The notes: a model not told the origin generated them from the letters alone. A stretch of DNA of 64,000 nt from an uncultured delta proteobacterium (GCA_963760795.1 CAVXEP010000006.1:68615-132614); one strand, 5' to 3'; shown: positions 1 to 12,765, counted from the first letter of the stretch. Program-made: numbers and translations.

Positions 1-228
1 AACGCCATCGAAGATTATCAGAAATACGTCTCGGCAATGGATAAGAAAGGCAAAGAATTATTTCAACAAGCCGAAGAATGGTTTTTCGAAACCGATTCCA
101 GCTCGGAGTTCTCCTTTGAAAACATTTGCGACTATCTAAAGCTAAATGCCTGCTATGTGCGCAAGGGGCTATTACACTGGAAAAACGAAAGACGTTATCG
201 CCAGCCAACGCAAAGACTAGCGAGCTAA
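1..228 (+). CDS. Conserved hypothetical protein, 5'-truncated by window edge
   Basis: Frame open from base 1 (NAIEDYQKYV...AEEWFF...FSFENICDYL); resembles a small protein family common in deltaproteobacterial/Binatia genomes. Confidence 0.6.
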   Translation, partial: NAIEDYQKYVSAMDKKGKELFQQAEEWFFETDSSSEFSFENICDYLKLNACYVRKGLLHWKNERRYRQPTQRLAS

Positions 229-300
229 TCACACTGCGCTAAACAAATAAGCCTGCGGCCGTCCCAGCACATAGCGCACCGCATTATCACATGCCGGCTT

Positions 301-441
301 AGGTCGGCATCCAAGCGAAATACATCATCCGCGCTGCATCTTCCATTGCGGCACGCCAGCGCCATGTCGATGGCTATGAGATCGAGTCCCTCTGGCTTTA
401 CTTTGCAGGCTCTCGACCAGCTTTTCTTCCGCCGATGGATC
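301..441 (-). pseudogene. Degenerate duplicated fragments of the two neighbouring genes (nucleotidyltransferase 3' end and amidohydrolase 3' end)
   Basis: 301-386 aligns ungapped to 1334-1419 (DMALACRNG.CSADDVF); 402-441 matches 2140-2179 at 37/40; same order and orientation. Confidence 0.75.
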
Positions 442-619
442 ATAAACCGCACTTTAATGGCGTCCTCAAGCGCCGCAATCTCGACATAACGGCACTGGGA
501 ACTATCAACGAAAGCGCCAAAGAGAGATAAGTAAAAACTCTTATTGCGACAATGTTTGGGGATTTTGGAAAGTAGCTGCGAGGTGTTAGATGGATTACAG
601 GCCAACAACCGTCACGCGC

Positions 620-808
620 TCAATCCGTCAAATACTCGCGCCAATTGATAGGCCGGCGCGGATTATTCTGATAGTAACTCTCGCTGTTGGTGACTACTGA
701 GCCACACCCCGATACCATGGTAATCAGCAAGATCGCTGACAGAACCATTCTCGTTACCGTGAATTTCGGAACCCGAACCAGCCGACGAATTAAATCTGCC
801 ACTTTCAT
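620..808 (-). CDS. Small putative lipoprotein
   Basis: Hydrophobic stretch ending in lipobox-like VSGC, short polar tail; start uncertain. Confidence 0.35.
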   Translation of the reverse strand: MKVADLIRRLVRVPKFTVTRMVLSAILLITMVSGCGSVVTNSESYYQNNPRRPINWREYLTD

Positions 809-1284
809 AATTTCGCCTATTCCTATTGACTGACGACGACTCAAGCGCAACACCCATGCTTAATGACCCGATAGCCATGATAGCACCCGCAATAGTCGTA
901 TTGTAGATGTAAGCCAAAACATTGGACCTCAGCGGCAGCGTTGATTGTGGTACAATTGTCAGCGAAAACATTTTGGCGGCATATTGGGCAGAGACTTTTT
1001 CAGCGGAATCACAATCTAAACAATCCTAGGATCTAGTTCGCATAAGGTCCATTTGCCAAACGGCGAAATAATCAACACGTCCGCGAAAATCGGAGACTTT
1101 GCGCCGTCTCCGAATGTCACCGAGTTGATGCGTCGATCCTCGGGAACGAATAAATCTCGACGCGACGTTTCCTGGGGCGGATATCCGATTGAAGAGCGCC
1201 AAGTGAACTGCGCTATCCATTGGCGGGATTCTGCTGAGTTTTTGGATTGCGACGAGAGCAATTTCAGATGATATCTACGCCCGC

Positions 1285-1992
1285 CTAAGGCCGTGCCGAA
1301 ATATAACTAACCGCGCGTTCGCACTGCCCTACGAGGTCAGCATGGAGAGCAAACACATCGTCCGCGCTACATCCTCCGTTGCGGCACGCCAGCGCCATGT
1401 CGATGGGTTTGAGATCGAGGCTGGGGACTTGAACTTCGTGAAGATATTCGACGGCATGGTCGTTGGATTCCATCGCTAAATTATCCCAGCTGTAAATCAG
1501 CCGCGCGGCGTAGAGAATTGCTCGGATGTACGGTTTGCGGTTGGCCGGCGCCAACTCAGTCAAAGCATTTAGCTCGGGCAATCGCGGTTTCCAGCTTTTT
1601 TCGATGCTGCGCAGCAACTCGTCGCGAATCGCTTGTTTTGTCGGCCGGCGAAACTGTGGCCTGTGTCCGTTGAGCAGCGGCACGCCATGGTCGAGCATAT
1701 CGAGCCGATCTAGGTTCGGTAAGCGTCCCCAGTTAAATTCGGGATTGCCCCAGAAGACGGAAAGTTTTTTGCCGTACTCGGCGTCCAGTGATTTCGCTTC
1801 GGCGATTAAATCTACCATCCGCGGAGGAGCCTCTGGACAGTTCAGCAGCAGGCCAACGTCGATGTCACTGTAGACATTGCTGAAGCCGCCGTGGGCGAGA
1901 CTGCCGAGCTTGTAAGCGTCGACGAGCGACGGCCCTAACCGGTTTTCGAAATGTCGTGCTACGGTAGCGACAAAACTTTCGATGTCAGACAT
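1285..1992 (-). CDS. Nucleotidyltransferase domain protein (Pol-beta superfamily)
   Basis: GS-x-D-x-D motif: LGSLAHGGFSNVYSDIDV; 235 aa. Confidence 0.75.
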   Translation of the reverse strand: MSDIESFVATVARHFENRLGPSLVDAYKLGSLAHGGFSNVYSDIDVGLLLNCPEAPPRMVDLIAEAKSLDAEYGKKLSVFWGNPEFNWGRLPNLDRLDMLDHGVPLLNGHRPQFRRPTKQAIRDELLRSIEKSWKPRLPELNALTELAPANRKPYIRAILYAARLIYSWDNLAMESNDHAVEYLHEVQVPSLDLKPIDMALACRNGGCSADDVFALHADLVGQCERAVSYISARP

Positions 1993-2011
1993 TAACCGCC
2001 CACAGCCAAAG

Positions 2012-2036
2012 AGGGCGACCCGCCGGTCGCCCCTAC
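2012..2036 (-). repeat. GTAG-type REP-like palindrome
   Basis: Minus strand GTAGGGGCGACCGGCGGGTCGCCC, intergenic hairpin; related element at 22178. Confidence 0.6.
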
Positions 2037-2059
2037 AGAACGCTTAGAAACATACCGCC

Positions 2060-3157
2060 TTAACTATCGAGTCCGTACAGCCGGCGCGGATTATCGCAGA
2101 GAATTTTTTTCGCAAACGGCTCCGGGATATCCTCGCGCTTTTGCAGGCTCTCGACCAGTTTTTCCTCCGCCGAAGGATCGTTGTGGCCATAGTCCGAGCC
2201 GATCACGATGTTATCCTCGCCGATGCATTTGGCGAGATAGGGAATATCTTCATCGGCCTCGGCGGCAATGAAAATGTTGGAGGCGCGCAACAACTCGGCG
2301 CTGTTTTTGTACTCGAGCCGGTCTTTAAACAGTCGCCGCAGGATGTGCATCATGAACGGCGCCCAGCCCGCCGACGCTTCGATGAAGCCGAACCGTAGGT
2401 CGGGAAATTTTTCAGGGATACGATTCGCCAGTAAGTCGCGGAAAGCGAAGATCGGCAGCGCGCGCCCATGGGCAAAGGTGTGGTTACGCGCATGCTCGAA
2501 GTACGGCAGCATCCACGGCGCGCCGGAGCCGGTGTGGATGCAGATCGGCATGCCGAGTTTGGCCGCTCGCTCGTATACCGGATGAAAATAGGGATGATCG
2601 ATGGTCTTGTCGCCCTCGATGCCGCGAAAGAATATCCCCACCGCGCCGAGTTCCTTGGCCCGCTGCATTTCTTTGAGCGATTCCGGGATCGAGCGCAACG
2701 GCAGCACCGCGACGAACTTCAACCGGCCGTTGGACTTGCCGCAAGCCGCGCCAAGCCAGGAATTGTAGGCTTTGGCTAACGCCGTATCCAATTCAGGATC
2801 GTCGGTGATATAGACCAAAAATAGCGTCGGATAGATCACCTGTACGTCGACACCGAGCCGGTCCATGTCTTTGACGCGGGCCTCGACGTTGGCGACTTCG
2901 CGGCTGGCAATGGCGATATCGCCGCGCCCTTTTTCCGCCTTCTGCGCCGACGGCGTGACCAGCCGATAACTACCCTTGCCCGCCGGCTTGGGAAAGATTT
3001 GGCCGTCGATCAGCCACAGGGCGTTGCGGTCGCCAAACCAGGTATCCTCCGGCAGCTCTACCAACACCGGCCGGCGCGGCGCCATCTGCTCGTCAATCAG
3101 CTGCCACATCGCCTCGGGCTCGGCGATATGGGTATCGGCATCGACTACTCCGTGCAT
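2060..3157 (-). CDS. Amidohydrolase family protein (Amidohydro_2)
   Basis: DADTH metal motif, IHTG, FIEASAGW, GSDYGH; GGAGG RBS before ATG 3157. Confidence 0.9.
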   Translation of the reverse strand: MHGVVDADTHIAEPEAMWQLIDEQMAPRRPVLVELPEDTWFGDRNALWLIDGQIFPKPAGKGSYRLVTPSAQKAEKGRGDIAIASREVANVEARVKDMDRLGVDVQVIYPTLFLVYITDDPELDTALAKAYNSWLGAACGKSNGRLKFVAVLPLRSIPESLKEMQRAKELGAVGIFFRGIEGDKTIDHPYFHPVYERAAKLGMPICIHTGSGAPWMLPYFEHARNHTFAHGRALPIFAFRDLLANRIPEKFPDLRFGFIEASAGWAPFMMHILRRLFKDRLEYKNSAELLRASNIFIAAEADEDIPYLAKCIGEDNIVIGSDYGHNDPSAEEKLVESLQKREDIPEPFAKKILCDNPRRLYGLDS

Positions 3158-3329
3158 ACAGTTATTCCTCCGTCGGTCGCGATAATTTAGCTTCCTGCGA
3201 TATATACCGGCGCAATCAAGTTTTGCAATCGACGAGAAGACCAACGGACTAAATCGACCGCGAAATCCGCTAGACATTTCACAGCCATTGCAATAAGTGG
3301 GAGCTAAACCAACCGATAAAGGAGTTCAT

Positions 3330-4268
3330 ATGGCCTCAACACTGATCACCGGCTTAGGACTGGTCGGCACTTCCTACGCGCAGCACGCGGTCAAGCGCGG
3401 CGATAGCGTGGTATTTTATGACTTCGCGCCGCGCAAAGATTTTTTGGCGCACAAACTCGGCGCCGCCAACGTCACCGTGGTGCAGCGCGACGTCCGCGAT
3501 CTACCGTCGCTCATCGAAACCATTCAGAAACATAAATGCGACACGGTCATCCATACGGCCGGACTGATCGGCGGCAAGGTCGGCAACCCGATCTACGCCG
3601 GCATGCAGATCAACGTCATGGGCACGATCAACGTCGCCGAGGCCGTACGCCTTACCGGCGTCAAGCGCTTGGTGCAGATCAGCACCTTCGGCGTCTACGA
3701 CCGTCGCCAGGGCGAGCCCAATCCCATCGACGAAAGTTTTCGCCGCGGTCCGGGAGAAGCCTACGGCAACTCCAAAGTCGCCAAGGAACTCATGGTCGAG
3801 GCCTACCAGCGTATGTACGGCTTCGAGCTGATCGTCCTGCGATTGGCCAACGTTTACGGCGTCGGCCACTTCGCCGGCGGCTCCGGCGGCGGTGAGATGG
3901 TCCAGAACATGTTGCAAACCGGCATCAAAGGCGGCGTGGTCAAGATCGCCCAGGAAGTCGCCCGGGATTTCGAATATGTCTATTACAAAGATCTCGGCCG
4001 CGCCCTGGATAAAGCGGTAACTACTCCACTGAAAGAACCGGTGACCCTCAACATCGGCACCGGAGTGGTCATTCCTTTCGATGATTTGGTCGCCACCGCA
4101 GAAAAGCTACTACCGAATTTACAAGTGGAAATCATTCCCGGAGTCAAGCCGCGCTCGGCCAAACAACCGATGGTGATCGAGAAAGCCAAGCAAATTCTCG
4201 GCTGGACTCCCGAGTACGATATCGTCAACGGCTTCAAGGACTACATCGGCGAACTGAAAGCCCTCTAG
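3330..4268 (+). CDS. NAD-dependent epimerase/dehydratase (extended SDR)
   Basis: ITGLGLVG, HTAG, YGNSK (YxxxK), RLANVYG; AAGGAG RBS. Confidence 0.88.
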   Translation: MASTLITGLGLVGTSYAQHAVKRGDSVVFYDFAPRKDFLAHKLGAANVTVVQRDVRDLPSLIETIQKHKCDTVIHTAGLIGGKVGNPIYAGMQINVMGTINVAEAVRLTGVKRLVQISTFGVYDRRQGEPNPIDESFRRGPGEAYGNSKVAKELMVEAYQRMYGFELIVLRLANVYGVGHFAGGSGGGEMVQNMLQTGIKGGVVKIAQEVARDFEYVYYKDLGRALDKAVTTPLKEPVTLNIGTGVVIPFDDLVATAEKLLPNLQVEIIPGVKPRSAKQPMVIEKAKQILGWTPEYDIVNGFKDYIGELKAL

Positions 4269-4330
4269 AGATTCTGGCACCACCAAGGCCTAGCGCGGCA
4301 AAACCGCAAACAAATGGGAACGACCTTCTG

Positions 4331-4400
4331 ATCACGAGGGACACGAAGCTTTCGGAGAAAAGTAATGCCGAACTTCGAGCCCTTCGTGCCTTCGTGGTGA
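4331..4400. repeat. Intergenic imperfect palindromic repeat (cacgaag...cttcgtg family)
   Basis: atcacgagggacacgaag...cttcgtgccttcgtggtga; related copy at 15941-16002. Confidence 0.6.
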
Positions 4401-4420
4401 CTATGTTTCGCTTGCAAGGC

Positions 4421-6898
4421 CTACAATCCCAACTTACCCGTCTTGCCGCTCTTGAAACCGTTATAGCGAATCGTTTGCCCATCGGTCTCCAAGATGATCG
4501 CGCCGTCCTCGTAGGTTTTCAGCACCTCGGCACCGGCAGCAAGATATCGCTCGACGATTTCGTCACGCTTCGCTTCGGCGCGGCTTCTGGCGCCCGCCGA
4601 TAATATCGCCAACTTCGGTTTGACCGCGGCGATGAATTCCTGTGAACTCGCCGTCGCGCTGCCATGGCGGGGAATCTTGACGACGGTGCTGCTAATTGCG
4701 CTTGAACTCTGAGTGAGCTGGATTTCTTCCCGTTTCTCGACGTCGCTGGTGAATAGAAACGACGCCTTGCCATATTCCAGTCGCACCACCACCGGGCTCT
4801 CAGCGCCACCGCTATCCGCGCTGAAAAGGACGCACAGCGGCACCGCATTGAAGTCGCGGCATGGCGTTGCGCCGGTCAATTCTTTGCGGGCAATTTTAAG
4901 CCGGTCCAAGGTTTCATCGAGCTCCTCGAAACGCCGGGTGCCGCCCTTGGCGGCGCCGGACCAGAACTCGCTGGGTGAAAACTCTTGAACCAATGCGCGC
5001 ATGCCGCCGTAGTGATCGATACGCGTATGGCTGACCAGCAGGTAATCGACTTTAAGAATCTTCCGCGATCTGAGATAGGGCGCGACGATGCTTTCGCCGG
5101 TATCGAAATCGCCCACGGCGGCGCCGCCGGCATCGATTACCAGAACTTTTCCGCCGGGAAATTCAACCACGGCGGCATCGCCCTGACCGACGTTCAAGTG
5201 GGTAATGCGCAGCTGATTGCTGTTAAACCGCTGGACGCGCCAATAGTAAACATCGCCGATCAGTAGAAGCAGGAAACTTCCAGCGGCAAAAAATAGCTGC
5301 ATGCGCTTGCGCAGAACGAACAAAGCGATCACGCCGGCGTAAAGCGCGCCGACCTCAAGCAGGTTCGGCGCGGCGACGCGAATACTCGCCAGCGGCAAGC
5401 GGCCGAAGAACTCAACGATAACAATCGTCCAACCGGCGAGCCGATCGCCGAGCCAGGCCAGCGGCCAGGCAAACTCGCTGGCGATCAGAGTCACAAGACC
5501 GACGGTCAAACCGAGGGGTACGATGACGAAACCGACTAGCGGGACGATCAACGGATTGGTGACGAAACCGGCGAGGGAGAGATTGCCAAAATAATGCGCG
5601 ATCAACGGCCCGGTGCCCAAGGTCGCCAGCAGCGGCACCGCCAAATGAAATGTCGCCTGTCGCGCCCGCTCCTTGATCCAACTTTTCTCCTGCGGCAACT
5701 CCTCAGTCCTTTCCCGCGCCAGCCCCTGATAGAGCCGGCTCATGCCCCAGGCGATAAACAGCACGGCGAGAAAAGAAAGTTGAAACGAGATGTCAGCAAT
5801 CACACCGGGCCAGACCAGGGCGATCGCCAGCGCCGCCAAAGTTAGACTGGCGAACACCTCTTCTTCCCGATCCAACAGCACCGCCAACTGGTAAACCCCG
5901 ATCATGATCGCCGAGCGCACCGTCGGCACCATGCCGCCCGCGAGCGCCGTATAAAACACCACCGCCAAAAAAGAAAAAAAGGTCGCCGCTTTGAGCAGAT
6001 TGAAGCGCAGCAGTAAATAACTGCTGAACGACAAGCCGTAACGGATCGCCGCGAAGATCACCACGCCCAACATGGCGACATGCAGGCCGGAAATCGACAA
6101 CACATGATTGACGCCCGCCGCCGTAAAGGCGGCACGAATGTCCTTGCTAATCCCGCCCATCTCGCCCACCGTCAACGCTTTCATCAGAGCGCCGCTGTCC
6201 GGCGCGTAGTTGGCGTCGATGTAGCGGCGGATCTGCCGGCGAATGTCCTCGACGGTGCCGCGGATCAGGCCCGGTTCGCGGGCGACCAGTTCGATCTCGC
6301 TATCGTTTTCCACAAACCCTGTGACGTAGATCTGCCGTTGGGCGAGATAAGTCGCATATTCGAAACCGCCAGGATTGCCGCTGTTCTGCGGCAGGTTGGG
6401 ACGCAGCCAAAAACGAATGCGGTCGCCATATCGCCAGTCGCGCCGCAGCGCGCGCAAGCTCAGTTGGAAATCGCCGCTGACTTCCTCGGCCCCGGTGGCA
6501 TGCCAGATGCGCTCCGCGCGAATCGACCAACGATGACGATTGATCAGTTTCTCCGGCTCGGCTTTGAGCCGGCCTTCGATCAAGACCCGCTCATGGCGCA
6601 GCATGACCGAACGCAAATGATCATCGGGAAATCGCGGGAAAAGGATTTCCCGATGGCGCACATAGCCGACTGAAAATGCCAGGGTAATTAACAACCCCAG
6701 CATCACCCAGCGCCGCCAGCGCCGGTAAAACGGCAACAGCACGAACGGCACCACGGCCAACCCACTGCTATCGGGCATATGCCAGGGAGCCGCGGCGATC
6801 GCTTGGCCAAGCAGCAGAAACAGCGTCGGCACGATCAGCCAAGCCGACGGATGAAAGTCTCCCGAACGTGAACCAGCTACGTCTTGCTGATCCGCCAT
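4421..6898 (-). CDS. comEC: DNA internalization competence protein ComEC/Rec2
   Basis: OB-like NPGGFEY region, HVLSISGLHV competence motif, multiple TM helices, C-terminal beta-lactamase-like domain (NVGQGDA). Confidence 0.93.
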   Translation of the reverse strand: MADQQDVAGSRSGDFHPSAWLIVPTLFLLLGQAIAAAPWHMPDSSGLAVVPFVLLPFYRRWRRWVMLGLLITLAFSVGYVRHREILFPRFPDDHLRSVMLRHERVLIEGRLKAEPEKLINRHRWSIRAERIWHATGAEEVSGDFQLSLRALRRDWRYGDRIRFWLRPNLPQNSGNPGGFEYATYLAQRQIYVTGFVENDSEIELVAREPGLIRGTVEDIRRQIRRYIDANYAPDSGALMKALTVGEMGGISKDIRAAFTAAGVNHVLSISGLHVAMLGVVIFAAIRYGLSFSSYLLLRFNLLKAATFFSFLAVVFYTALAGGMVPTVRSAIMIGVYQLAVLLDREEEVFASLTLAALAIALVWPGVIADISFQLSFLAVLFIAWGMSRLYQGLARERTEELPQEKSWIKERARQATFHLAVPLLATLGTGPLIAHYFGNLSLAGFVTNPLIVPLVGFVIVPLGLTVGLVTLIASEFAWPLAWLGDRLAGWTIVIVEFFGRLPLASIRVAAPNLLEVGALYAGVIALFVLRKRMQLFFAAGSFLLLLIGDVYYWRVQRFNSNQLRITHLNVGQGDAAVVEFPGGKVLVIDAGGAAVGDFDTGESIVAPYLRSRKILKVDYLLVSHTRIDHYGGMRALVQEFSPSEFWSGAAKGGTRRFEELDETLDRLKIARKELTGATPCRDFNAVPLCVLFSADSGGAESPVVVRLEYGKASFLFTSDVEKREEIQLTQSSSAISSTVVKIPRHGSATASSQEFIAAVKPKLAILSAGARSRAEAKRDEIVERYLAAGAEVLKTYEDGAIILETDGQTIRYNGFKSGKTGKLGL

Positions 6899-7054
6899 GT
6901 TGGCTTTCGCTTCATGAGGAACTTCACCGATTGAGCCCGGCACTCAATAACGATTACTTGCGAAGGGCAACCACTGAAGTTGCCCTCATAATACGAATTT
7001 GTGAACGTTGCTCGGCTCCAGTTCCTTCGCTTTCGCTCTCGACAAGCATTGCGG

Positions 7055-8911
7055 CTAATTCTCCGAATCCGCATGGCCGCCCAGAGCGTCGAGCACTTGC
7101 TGGGCGAGCTTTTCGTTCATCGACGGCACCTTCAGGAGATCCTCCAGCGATGCTTCTTCGATGCGTTTGATGCTGCCGAAGGCGCGCAGCAAGGCGCGCT
7201 TGCGCACGCCGCCGACGCCGGGGATGCGGTCGAGTGCGGAGTAAAGAGTCTGCTGCGAGCGCAATTTCCGATGATGGGTGATGGCGAAGCGATGGGCTTC
7301 GTCGCGCACGCGCTGCAGCAGAAACAAAGCGTTGGAGTTGCGCTTCAATACCACCGGATTGGTTTGACCCGGCAGGAACACGCGCTCTTCCGAGCGTTCG
7401 ATCTCGGCGCTGCGCGGCGCTGCTTGAACGCGCATCTTGGCCAAGCCCACTGCCTCGACGCCGTCGATGCCGACTTCGGCCATGGCCACCAAAGCCATGG
7501 CCAATTGTCCCTTGCCGCCATCGACAACGATCAGATCCGGTAGATCGGCTTCTGCCTTGCCGCGGCTGAAGCGGCGCTTGAGCATCTCCAGCATCATGCC
7601 GAAGTCATCGCCGCCGGACTCCGCACCGATGGTCTTGATGCGAAAATGGCGGTAAAGATTTTTGTCCGGTTCGCCGTCGACGAACGTCACCATGGAGCCC
7701 ACCGCATGGGCGCCATGGATCATCGAGATATCGAAGCACTCGATGCGATGGGGGTAATTTTTCAGACGCAGCGAGGTTTGCAACTCGCGCAGCATCTGAT
7801 CGCGCGCCTTCTCTTGATCGTGGCGGTCGGCGAAACTTTGCTTGGCATTGTCGCCCGCCATTTCGACCAAGTGGCGTTTATCGCCGCGCTGGGGACAGAG
7901 AATTTTTACGCTCTTACCCTTATGCTCGGCGAGATACTCCTCGCGAACAGCGGCATCCTCCAGATCCACTGGCAAAAGAATCTCGTCGGGGACGAATCGC
8001 TGGCCTTGATAGAATTGGGTCAAGAGCGAACCCATGATCTCTTCGTCGGGAAATTCCAAATCCGCCAACGAATAAGACTGGTTGCCGGTGAGCTTGCCCT
8101 GGCGCACCAACAGCACCTGAACTTCGATGAAGCCGCCCTCGCGGTACAAGCCGAAAATATCCTGGTCGCTGCCCCAGTGCGCGACCATGCGCTGCTTCTC
8201 CAAAGTCTTTTCGACCGCTTGAATCTGATCGCGCAACCGCGCCGCTGCCTCGAACTCCTGGGCGTCGGACTTTTCCTGCATGCGCTGCTTCAATTCGTCG
8301 ATCAGCTCCTGCTGCCGCCCCTCGATAAACAGCATGGTCTGGCGCACTTGTTCCAGGTAAACTTCCCGCGCCACCGGCAGCACGCAGGGCCCCAGGCAGC
8401 GCTTGATCTGATACTGCAAACAGGGACGGCTGCGGTTGCGAAAGTTATGATCGGTGCAGTTGCGCAGCTGAAAGTGTTTTTCAATCAAGTCGATGGTCTC
8501 GCGCGCCGCCAGCGCCGACGAAAACGGCCCGAAGTAGCGGTTGCCGTCCTTGACGATCTTGCGCGTCGCCAGGATACGCGGCCAGGCGTGCTGGGTCGTC
8601 ACTTTGATGCTCAAATAACTCTTGTCGTCCTTGAGGCGGATGTTGTAGCGCGGCTTGTACTGCTTGATCAGGTTATTTTCGAGGATCAGCGCTTCCTTGT
8701 CGTTGCTCGTCACCAGAGTTTCGATATCGGCGACACGACGCACTAAAAACTGAACCTGCGACCGCTCATCGGGATGATTGAAGTAGGCCCGCACCCGCGC
8801 CCGCAGATCCTTGGCCTTGCCGACATAAATGACCTTGCCGCCATTTTCGCGCATGAGATAGACGCCCGGTCTGGACGGCAAACCGGCGAGCTTTTCTGTC
8901 AGCGTGTTCAC
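7055..8911 (-). CDS. uvrC: Excinuclease ABC subunit C
   Basis: GIY-YIG (PGVYLM...IYVGKAKDLR), RIECFDIS, VDGGKGQ, RDEAHRFA, HhH C-terminus; GTG start inferred. Confidence 0.96.
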   Translation of the reverse strand: MNTLTEKLAGLPSRPGVYLMRENGGKVIYVGKAKDLRARVRAYFNHPDERSQVQFLVRRVADIETLVTSNDKEALILENNLIKQYKPRYNIRLKDDKSYLSIKVTTQHAWPRILATRKIVKDGNRYFGPFSSALAARETIDLIEKHFQLRNCTDHNFRNRSRPCLQYQIKRCLGPCVLPVAREVYLEQVRQTMLFIEGRQQELIDELKQRMQEKSDAQEFEAAARLRDQIQAVEKTLEKQRMVAHWGSDQDIFGLYREGGFIEVQVLLVRQGKLTGNQSYSLADLEFPDEEIMGSLLTQFYQGQRFVPDEILLPVDLEDAAVREEYLAEHKGKSVKILCPQRGDKRHLVEMAGDNAKQSFADRHDQEKARDQMLRELQTSLRLKNYPHRIECFDISMIHGAHAVGSMVTFVDGEPDKNLYRHFRIKTIGAESGGDDFGMMLEMLKRRFSRGKAEADLPDLIVVDGGKGQLAMALVAMAEVGIDGVEAVGLAKMRVQAAPRSAEIERSEERVFLPGQTNPVVLKRNSNALFLLQRVRDEAHRFAITHHRKLRSQQTLYSALDRIPGVGGVRKRALLRAFGSIKRIEEASLEDLLKVPSMNEKLAQQVLDALGGHADSEN

Positions 8912-9157
8912 GGCGCGATTCCCGCTCTGGATCGGGAGTTTCGGTACAACTGCCGGCTCCGAAAGAACAAGCGAGGCACACATCGCGACAGCCAGGGACG
9001 ATCTGACAACGCGCCGGCGGGGATCAAAGTCACTGGCCCTGACAAATCGCTACCTAGCAATACAGCATTTGCGGCAATGCATCGTTGGCATAACTCTTGA
9101 GTAACTATCCGGCTAATCACGCAGAATTCACGACAGGCCAAGGACCAAGGAGCCGTC

Positions 9158-9577
9158 ATGTTCGATATCGAAACACTGATGCAATTGGGTGTGTTCAACC
9201 AGCTCATTCCCATCTGGCAGGTGTTCTTTTTCATTGCTGCACTGCTGCCGTTTCTGCTCATGGACCGGGTTAAGATGTGTCTGCTGGTTACCTATCTGTT
9301 TACTTTCTATCTCGGCTTCATGGTTCAATGGGGCGAATATCTATCCTCCACCGGCTCCATGCAACCCTTTGTTCTCTATTCGCTCAGCGGGCTCGCCATC
9401 GCGGTGTTCTTTGTCGCCACCATCTTCACCGATCCGGCGCCCAATCCCAAAGTGCGCTGGGCCCGCTACGGCCAAGCGTACGGCTACTCTGCCGAAGGAC
9501 CAATTCCTAAAGCGCCCCAAGATCCCATGGAAATAGCGGTCGATGTCACCCACATCTCCGAGTATGAACGGCACTAA
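9158..9577 (+). CDS. Hypothetical membrane protein (about 3 TM)
   Basis: AAGGAG RBS, hydrophobic helices, fills gap between uvrC and uvrB. Confidence 0.65.
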   Translation: MFDIETLMQLGVFNQLIPIWQVFFFIAALLPFLLMDRVKMCLLVTYLFTFYLGFMVQWGEYLSSTGSMQPFVLYSLSGLAIAVFFVATIFTDPAPNPKVRWARYGQAYGYSAEGPIPKAPQDPMEIAVDVTHISEYERH

Positions 9578-9589
9578 TTCTAAGCTTGT

Positions 9590-11632
<2,043 letters not shown>

Positions 11633-11644
11633 GAAGTTGCCAAC

Positions 11645-12649
11645 TTATCGCGCCTGGCCGCCGTAAAGTTTATCGATGTAACCGCTCTTGTCGATATCGG
11701 CGAGCGTGCGCGCGTCGATGAACTCACCGGGTTTGTACTGCGCGTACTTGGGCTGGCTTTCCGCCAGATGATCCAACACCGCCTGCACCGCGCTCTCGAC
11801 CGCGTACGGCTTGGCCGGCATTTTTGCCGTCCATTCCCAAGCCTCGGTCAATCCTTCCGGATCCTTGGTGCCGAGGAACTTGCTGAGAATCTTCGTGGTG
11901 TCGTCTTTGCGCGTCCGGAACAGATGGACACCGCGGACGATTGCACGCATCGCGCGCGCCGCCAGCTGGGGATTTTTCTGAACTAGCGAGCGCCGCGTGG
12001 TGATCGTTGAACCCTGGTACTCCAGTTTCAAGTCGGTCAGATCGACCATGAAATTCATGCCGGCCTTGCGCGCAAACAGCGTGCCCGGCGGCGACAGCAC
12101 TGTCGCCGCCACACGATTGGTATGGAGCGCGCCCCACATCACGTCATTGCTGCCGAGGGCGAGCAGTTTGACGTCCTTGTCGGCATCGAGGCCGATATGC
12201 TTCAAGGCGAAGCGCGCGCTCTTTTCATAGGCGTCGCCGGGACGCTGAATGCCAACGATCTTGCCCTTGAGATCTTGGGCGCTTTTAATATCCGGGCGGG
12301 CGACGAAGACCATGGTAGCGTAGCGCGAAAATCCGCCGAGCATGACGATATCGCGATTCTGCACCGACACGGGAATCATCAGATAAGCCGACATGATCGT
12401 CATATCGACTTCATTGGCCACCAGTGCCATCGGCGCGATGGACCCAGCCGTATGGATAATCTCCGCGTTGATCCCTTCCTCGGCGAAGAAGCCCGCCTCC
12501 TTGGCGACAAACGGCACCGAGTGGGCCACGGCACGGGCGGCGTAACCGATGCGCAGCTTGTCAGTTTTAGCCTGTGCCGGCACCTCTCCGACCGAACCCG
12601 CCACTATTAGGCAAAAGGAAACAATTATCGAACCGGCAAACAACTTCAA
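11645..12649 (-). CDS. ABC transporter substrate-binding protein (NMT1/SsuA-like)
   Basis: Signal peptide, AKEAGFFAEEG, DLKGKIVG; no permease nearby. Confidence 0.85.
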   Translation of the reverse strand: MKLFAGSIIVSFCLIVAGSVGEVPAQAKTDKLRIGYAARAVAHSVPFVAKEAGFFAEEGINAEIIHTAGSIAPMALVANEVDMTIMSAYLMIPVSVQNRDIVMLGGFSRYATMVFVARPDIKSAQDLKGKIVGIQRPGDAYEKSARFALKHIGLDADKDVKLLALGSNDVMWGALHTNRVAATVLSPPGTLFARKAGMNFMVDLTDLKLEYQGSTITTRRSLVQKNPQLAARAMRAIVRGVHLFRTRKDDTTKILSKFLGTKDPEGLTEAWEWTAKMPAKPYAVESAVQAVLDHLAESQPKYAQYKPGEFIDARTLADIDKSGYIDKLYGGQAR

Positions 12650-12765
12650 GGTAGAGCCTCCGGTATGTTATGGCAGAACTTTAGATCATGAGAACAAGCT
12701 GATGGTGAGAAGAATAACAAGACCGTTGGCACGGAGCAACGACGACCTGGAATCACCGCGTTAAG

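Noticed and set aside
225-608. 127-aa ORF as a real gene
   Set aside because: Explained by duplicated fragments of neighbouring genes in mixed frames
9085-9100. Sigma-54-like TTGGCATAACTCTTGA upstream of 9158
   Set aside because: The -12 element is GA rather than the conserved GC
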